In this document: one piece after another, positions 59,536-64,000 of the stretch
How positions within the stretch are numbered: the first letter of the stretch is position 1
How the letters are laid out: each line of letters starts with the position of its first letter
Source of the DNA: Candidatus Latescibacterota bacterium
GTDB taxonomy: Bacteria > Latescibacterota > UBA2968 > GCA-2709665
NCBI GenBank assembly: GCA_965222075.1
Contig: OZ244937.1
Coordinates: 896,001 to 960,000 of the forward strand
Direction of reading: 5' to 3'
DNA: 64,000 nt
The notes under the pieces: model-generated
Told to the model about the DNA's origin: nothing
Database searches by the model: none
The model's input: the letters and a program-made list of their open reading frames with translations, nothing else
Translations under genes and position numbers: made by a program

Positions 59536-60353
59536 TATTTTCTCTCCCATACTTGTGTTTGGATGTGTTCCGTAAACATACTGGTGAATTTTTCGCGAAT
59601 TTCACCATGCGCCGACTTAAACCACGTTATCATCGCGTCGTATTCCGCGTTCTGTGGAAAGCCACGTATTGTAAAATCGGTTTGCAGTGTTTGCCTTTGA
59701 TCAGATACCCTGACCCGATTACCTATGGTCAAGTGTAACCGTCCGTTTAAGTCCTGAATGGGAAATGAGGTCCGCAAAATCATAGATTCGGCACCAGACC
59801 AAAATGAATCCGATGGTTGAGAATTAATAAATAGGTTGTAAATTTTTCCAATGTCAACAAGAGTATTCCAGCCATCCCCATGCATAAGTTGATCGATATA
59901 GGTCAGTTCATATTGCAATGGAGTTACTGCGCCAATTTCCATGTTTCCGATAATTTTGTTAAAGCGGTTATAGAGTTCTTTAAACTTTTCAAAAATGGCT
60001 GAGAATCCGGGATATCTCTGATTTGGCTCGGTTTTACGCCAGTTGAACGTAAATCGATCGCGTTGCACCTGTATGATTTGGTTATTATCTTTGTGAATGA
60101 ACCAAATTCGCGCGAGGTTAGGGAAATTCCCAAAATGCAACTCAGTTTCTTGGTTTGGATTAGGAAAATTTTCCCTTGTGGGCATAACCGGTGGCTGTTC
60201 CGCGATTTCCAAAAACCCCTCTTTTTTTAATTCCTGCCATATTTCGCCAAAATGGGGAGCCAGGAACCTATCGAGAGACTTGAAAAGCACACTCAACACC
60301 ACCTCATCTACGGGTGGTCGCACGAAATCGAGCTTCTTGCGCAGGGTTTCCAT
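59535..60353 (-). CDS. TIGR04255-family-like protein
   Basis: PPVDEVVLSVLF, RIWF, IQVQRDRFTFNWRK, RYPGF, ELTYID; GGAGGTG RBS. Confidence 0.7.
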   Translation of the reverse strand: METLRKKLDFVRPPVDEVVLSVLFKSLDRFLAPHFGEIWQELKKEGFLEIAEQPPVMPTRENFPNPNQETELHFGNFPNLARIWFIHKDNNQIIQVQRDRFTFNWRKTEPNQRYPGFSAIFEKFKELYNRFNKIIGNMEIGAVTPLQYELTYIDQLMHGDGWNTLVDIGKIYNLFINSQPSDSFWSGAESMILRTSFPIQDLNGRLHLTIGNRVRVSDQRQTLQTDFTIRGFPQNAEYDAMITWFKSAHGEIREKFTSMFTEHIQTQVWERK

Positions 60354-60484
60354 AATGTGTCACCTCCCGGATTTGAGATACGTTTCCTTATTAAGTTGTA
60401 ACGCCTGATTTTAACGTAAGGTTTCACCAAATGCACCGCTAATGCTCTGCCAGTACTGATGGCCCCTTGTTGGGCACCGCATCT

Positions 60485-60850
60485 TCAACGTTCAAATAAC
60501 GCCAATTGCTTTTTGGTTTTCCTTTTGGTCTTCTGCTCGGCTTCCCGTTTAGCCTTCTCTTCTTTGATACGCTCAAGCAGCTTTTCTGCTGGCTCGTCAT
60601 TGGGATCTTGCGGAACCAATTTTCCAGAGAGAGCTTCTTTGAGAATAGATTGGCGGAGAGTTTCAGCGCGTTTGAGTTCGGCGTCAAGGGTCGCTTCGAC
60701 TTCATTGGCGACGGAGAGGCGGCGTTCGACTTCGGGGACGATGCGGCGTTGTTCGGCCAGAGGTGGAAGGGGAATTTCAAAGGTTTCGAGTTGGTTTCCC
60801 GTTACCGCATTAAAGGTTGTTCCTGTGCCTTTGCCCGCGATTTTACTCAT
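60485..60850 (-). pseudogene. hsdS: Type I R-M HsdS C-terminal fragment
   Basis: GTTF..., IPLPPLAEQRRIV, LRQSILKEALSGKLVPQDPNDEPAEKLLERIK. Confidence 0.85.
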
Positions 60851-61329
60851 CGAATGTTCCCCCTGCGCGGTGACCGGCCCATCGGTCAATGCGAAATCTC
60901 ACTGCTCGTCCGGGCTGAGTGAGCGGACTTCGCGGACTTCCCGGGCATCCTGCTCAATCACCCTCGGTCCAGGTTCGACGGGCGGCCTCTTGCGGAACTT
61001 CGATGGGCAACTGTGGCCAATCCGCCGCGATGCTCGAGAACCGCTTGCAGCGGGAAGGCCATTGCCTCTGCGAGGATGGTGATGGTAAAAAACAGCTAAA
61101 GCTTTACCGGCTTTCAGGCCGGGAGAGAGATGAGAGGGTCGTTATGGGAAACCCTGGTAACACGGTCCGGCGAAAATTCTCAATTCGAGAATCGCTCTAA
61201 GTGGTACGTTCACCCTCAAACGCAAAAGCGTTTTGAGAAGCCCGAGTGGGTCATGCTGTCTCAAACAATCAGCGCGTCTTCGAATGCAGACGGTGGAGCG
61301 CGCGTAGCAGGACACGGACCTGTACGATC

Positions 61330-61358
61330 TTGACATCCCCAATCATATTCCGTATATT
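61330..61358 (+). promoter_or_regulatory. sigma70-type promoter
   Basis: TTGACA-N17-TATATT. Confidence 0.7.
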
Positions 61359-61405
61359 TCTGCCGTACACCTTGATGCGGTCTACCCTCTCTTGAGGTTG
61401 ATAGG

Positions 61406-61681
61406 GTGCTTTATTCTTCCAAACGGCTACATCCTGCTGCCTTTCTCGTTCTGTTGATTTTCGTGGCCTGCCTGGCGGTCTTCGTACTTACCGCTTTCCC
61501 CGGTCACGATCACCAACAACAATGTGCTATTTGCGTATGGTTCAATAACCTGACCATTTGTTTGCCGGTCGTATTGCTATTCCAGCTTTGCTTCCTGCGT
61601 TTCCGGCAATGTTTTTCCTCATGCCAATTCCTTCGCATTTCCCTCCTTCTTCCTGATGGACGTGCCCCTCCTGTGTTCTGA
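61406..61681 (+). CDS. DUF2946/CruR-like leader peptide (HxH..CxxC...RAPP)
   Basis: Hydrophobic N-terminus, HDHQQQCAIC, terminal DGRAPPVF; upstream of a lipoprotein/TonB receptor. Confidence 0.65.
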   Translation: MLYSSKRLHPAAFLVLLIFVACLAVFVLTAFPGHDHQQQCAICVWFNNLTICLPVVLLFQLCFLRFRQCFSSCQFLRISLLLPDGRAPPVF

Positions 61682-61992
61682 ACCATCCTCCCGTGTTCTG
61701 AAGACACATCCTTCATATTTTCCCCAGCATTTACAATCCGTTATACCAGGCCAACGCTATGCCTGTGTTTACGCCCAAAGGTATTTTCGGTACCTGTGAG
61801 CGTCAGACGGTTTTGAATTTCCCGCGATTGTTTTTCAGCAATTCTATCTGTTTCCGGTAGAACCTGCTCTTGTAAATGCCGGTAAACTATCCACGAAATC
61901 GGCATAATCCCGGTATCGCATCTGACCAACGACAGATGTCCCGGCTGGATCCCGGCGTAGGTTCAATCCCATCCATTCAGGAGACCCTTAAA

Positions 61993-63233
61993 ATGAAAAC
62001 GTTTCATCACCCCATTGCCGCAGCGGCGGTTTTGGCCCTGTTCGTGGCCGGCTGTGGCAAAGACGATCCCATATCCCCAGAGGAAGACCATTACGAAGCC
62101 GAAGGCCTCGTGCTTATTGACTCGGGCAACCGATTTTTCCGGTATTTCCGGGGCGAAATCGACTCCGCGACGGCCGGGCGGACATCCTCGAGGTCCCTCA
62201 CGGGCAACTCACCCCCCACTGGAGCATCCGGTTCCTGGATGCGGACGGCAACGAAATGGCGCCCCCCAGCGGTGAAGGCACCAGCTTCACGTGGGTCATC
62301 GCCGACCCGTCGGTCGTGGAAGTTTTCCAGGATGAGGGCGATGAGGGCAAGTTTGACTTCCACCTGCGGGGCCTCGAAGAGGGGGAGACCACCATTGTGC
62401 TGCAGATCGCGCACGAAGGCCACGTGGACTTCCGCACGCAGCCCATTCCCGTGCATGTGGTAGAAGAGTTTGAGGCCGAGGGGCTCGTGCTTATCGACTC
62501 GGGCAACCGATTTTTCCGGTATTTCCGGGGCGAAATCGACTCCGACGACGGTCGGGCGGAGTACCTTGAAGCGCCGATTGGGCTGACCGCTCACTGGAGT
62601 GTCAAATTCCTGGACAGCCACGGTGATGAAATAGACCCACCCGACGATCCCGAATTCACCTTCGGCTGGACCATTGACGATCCGTCGGTCGTGGAAGTTT
62701 TCCAGGATGAGGGCGACGAGGGCAAGTTTGACTTCCACCTGCGGGGCCTCAAAGAGGGCGAAACCACCATCATGTTACAGGTCGACCACGAAGGCCACGT
62801 GGACTTCCGCACGCTGCCCATTCCCGTACATGTGGTGTCACAGGCCGGCCAACACGGCGAACCCGTGGGTCTGCGCCTCAAAGACGAAGACAGCGGTCAG
62901 GTGCTCGTCCAGGCATCCCGTGAGGGGAAGGGCGACTCCACTGGTGTTCTGGCGGTCGCCGTGGGCGATACCACCGACCATATCGCGACCGTTTTTTTCG
63001 ACGATCAAGACGTGGAATTCCAGCCTGAAGCACCGGACGAGACCCTGGGCATTGCAGTGGCGGACACATCGTTGCTCGGCATCGATCCGCCGGTGGCGCC
63101 CGACTACTGGGCTTTCAAACTCATCGGCAAAAAGGCCGGGACCACGACGATTACCCTGTCCATCGTGCACGATGGACAGGCCGAACACACATTCGTGCCG
63201 ATTTCGGTGGTGATCAGCGCGCAGTCGCAATAA
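61993..63233 (+). CDS. Acidic, His-containing lipoprotein with a duplicated ~126-aa domain; 1-nt frameshift at about 62167
   Basis: Lipobox FVAGC; repeats start at 62095 and 62472 (377 nt apart, one short of 378); GACTCCGCGACGG versus GACTCCGACGACGG. Confidence 0.75.
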
Positions 63234-63238
63234 ACACA

Positions 63239-63266
63239 GGGGAGAAGGCTGGGCTGCCTTCTCCCC
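63239..63266 (+). other. Intergenic stem-loop
   Basis: GGGGAGAAGGC-TGGGCT-GCCTTCTCCCC, no U tail. Confidence 0.55.
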
Positions 63267-63291
63267 GTTCACAACGTTGGGGGTTCATACA

Positions 63292-64000
63292 ATGCTCGAT
63301 ACACTCAGGATAAAGCGTCTCCTGTCGACCGGAGATGTCAGCGCCCTGTTCCCCGGAAGGTTGGGCTTGAAATGGACGGCATCTGTGCTTTTCTGCCTGT
63401 TCTTCGTTCCCGCGATCAGTGCGGCGGGCAAAACCGTGTTGATCGAAGGGTATGTTTTCGACAGCGAAACCCGGCACCCCATCGAAAACGTCAACATCCA
63501 GCCTGGTGATCATGCAGTGGGCACAACCACCGATGAACGAGGCCGCTTTGTCCTGCACCTGTCGCAGGATGTCTATCGCCTGTCTTTTACTCACGTCGGA
63601 TATCAAAAAAAGCACCATGAAGTGACCGTCTCAGGCACAAAACATCCCATCCTCTATGTCGAAATGGCCCCGCTGGCCCTTCAAATGGACCTCATTGACG
63701 TTGTGGCAGAATCCGCCGAAACCCGCTTTGAGGAACTCCACGAGACCACCGGCGTGCTCTCCGGCGACGAGCTCCGGCAGAAATACGCGCTCACGCTTGC
63801 CGAAACCATGAAAAACGAAATCGGCGTTGCCATCCGCAGTATGGGGCCTGCGCCTGCCCGCCCGGTCATACGCGGCCTCAGCGGCGACCGCATACAGATC
63901 AATGTAGACGGCATGCAGACTCAAGATCTGTCCGCCACCTCGGCCGATCACGCCGTCACCCTTGAATCCTTCAACGCGAAACGCCTCGAAATCATCCGGG
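63292..64000 (+). CDS. TonB-dependent receptor (CarboxypepD_reg N-terminus, ZnuD-like plug), partial
   Basis: EGYVFDSET..PIENVN, GTTTDERGRF, SFTHVGY, RPVIRGLSGDRI, DHAV; runs off the window end. Confidence 0.85.
   Translation, partial: MLDTLRIKRLLSTGDVSALFPGRLGLKWTASVLFCLFFVPAISAAGKTVLIEGYVFDSETRHPIENVNIQPGDHAVGTTTDERGRFVLHLSQDVYRLSFTHVGYQKKHHEVTVSGTKHPILYVEMAPLALQMDLIDVVAESAETRFEELHETTGVLSGDELRQKYALTLAETMKNEIGVAIRSMGPAPARPVIRGLSGDRIQINVDGMQTQDLSATSADHAVTLESFNAKRLEIIR

Noticed and set aside
60890-61330. Short ORFs upstream of the hsdS remnant
   Set aside because: No recognisable motifs or convincing starts; probably debris.

Overview
A 64-kb GC-rich bacterial chromosome segment. A FlgD-Ig/secretion-tail protein and a CarboxypepD-type TonB receptor suggest the FCB group (Latescibacterota/Gemmatimonadota-like); this taxonomy is inference only. 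Housekeeping blocks are DUF2723-GT2-namZ-anmK, ccsA-sirC-hemA-hemC-cobA/hemD, pcm, galU, purN-purC and mreBC, plus an esterase/metallohydrolase catabolic cluster. Five accessory zones sit between them. (1) An AddAB-like helicase-nuclease pair and an AAA ATPase, running into a fragmented glycosyltransferase/methyltransferase cluster (1.7-17 kb). (2) A cassette-like array at the anmK 3' end, where one 45-bp promoter-bearing repeat precedes three genes, alongside degenerate 37-bp CRISPR-like repeats and REPs (23-28 kb). (3) A diversity-generating retroelement (DGR) relic: an FGE/CLec target gene with an NNC-patterned variable region followed by a truncated avd, with no TR or RT in the window (34-35.6 kb). 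(4) A collapsed type I R-M locus enclosing an intact, AT-richer three-gene cassette (TIGR04255-like, unknown, ART-like), a candidate defence system (58.3-60.9 kb). (5) A CxxC/RAPP (CruR/DUF2946-like) leader ahead of a lipoprotein and a TonB receptor (61.3-64 kb). A tiny CCTGCCTG...CAGGCAGG palindrome recurs inside coding sequences, including one nested copy. No rRNA, tRNA, cas, transposase or RT gene was seen. Several single-base frameshifts could be sequencing or assembly errors. All family calls come from motif recognition by eye, not database searches.
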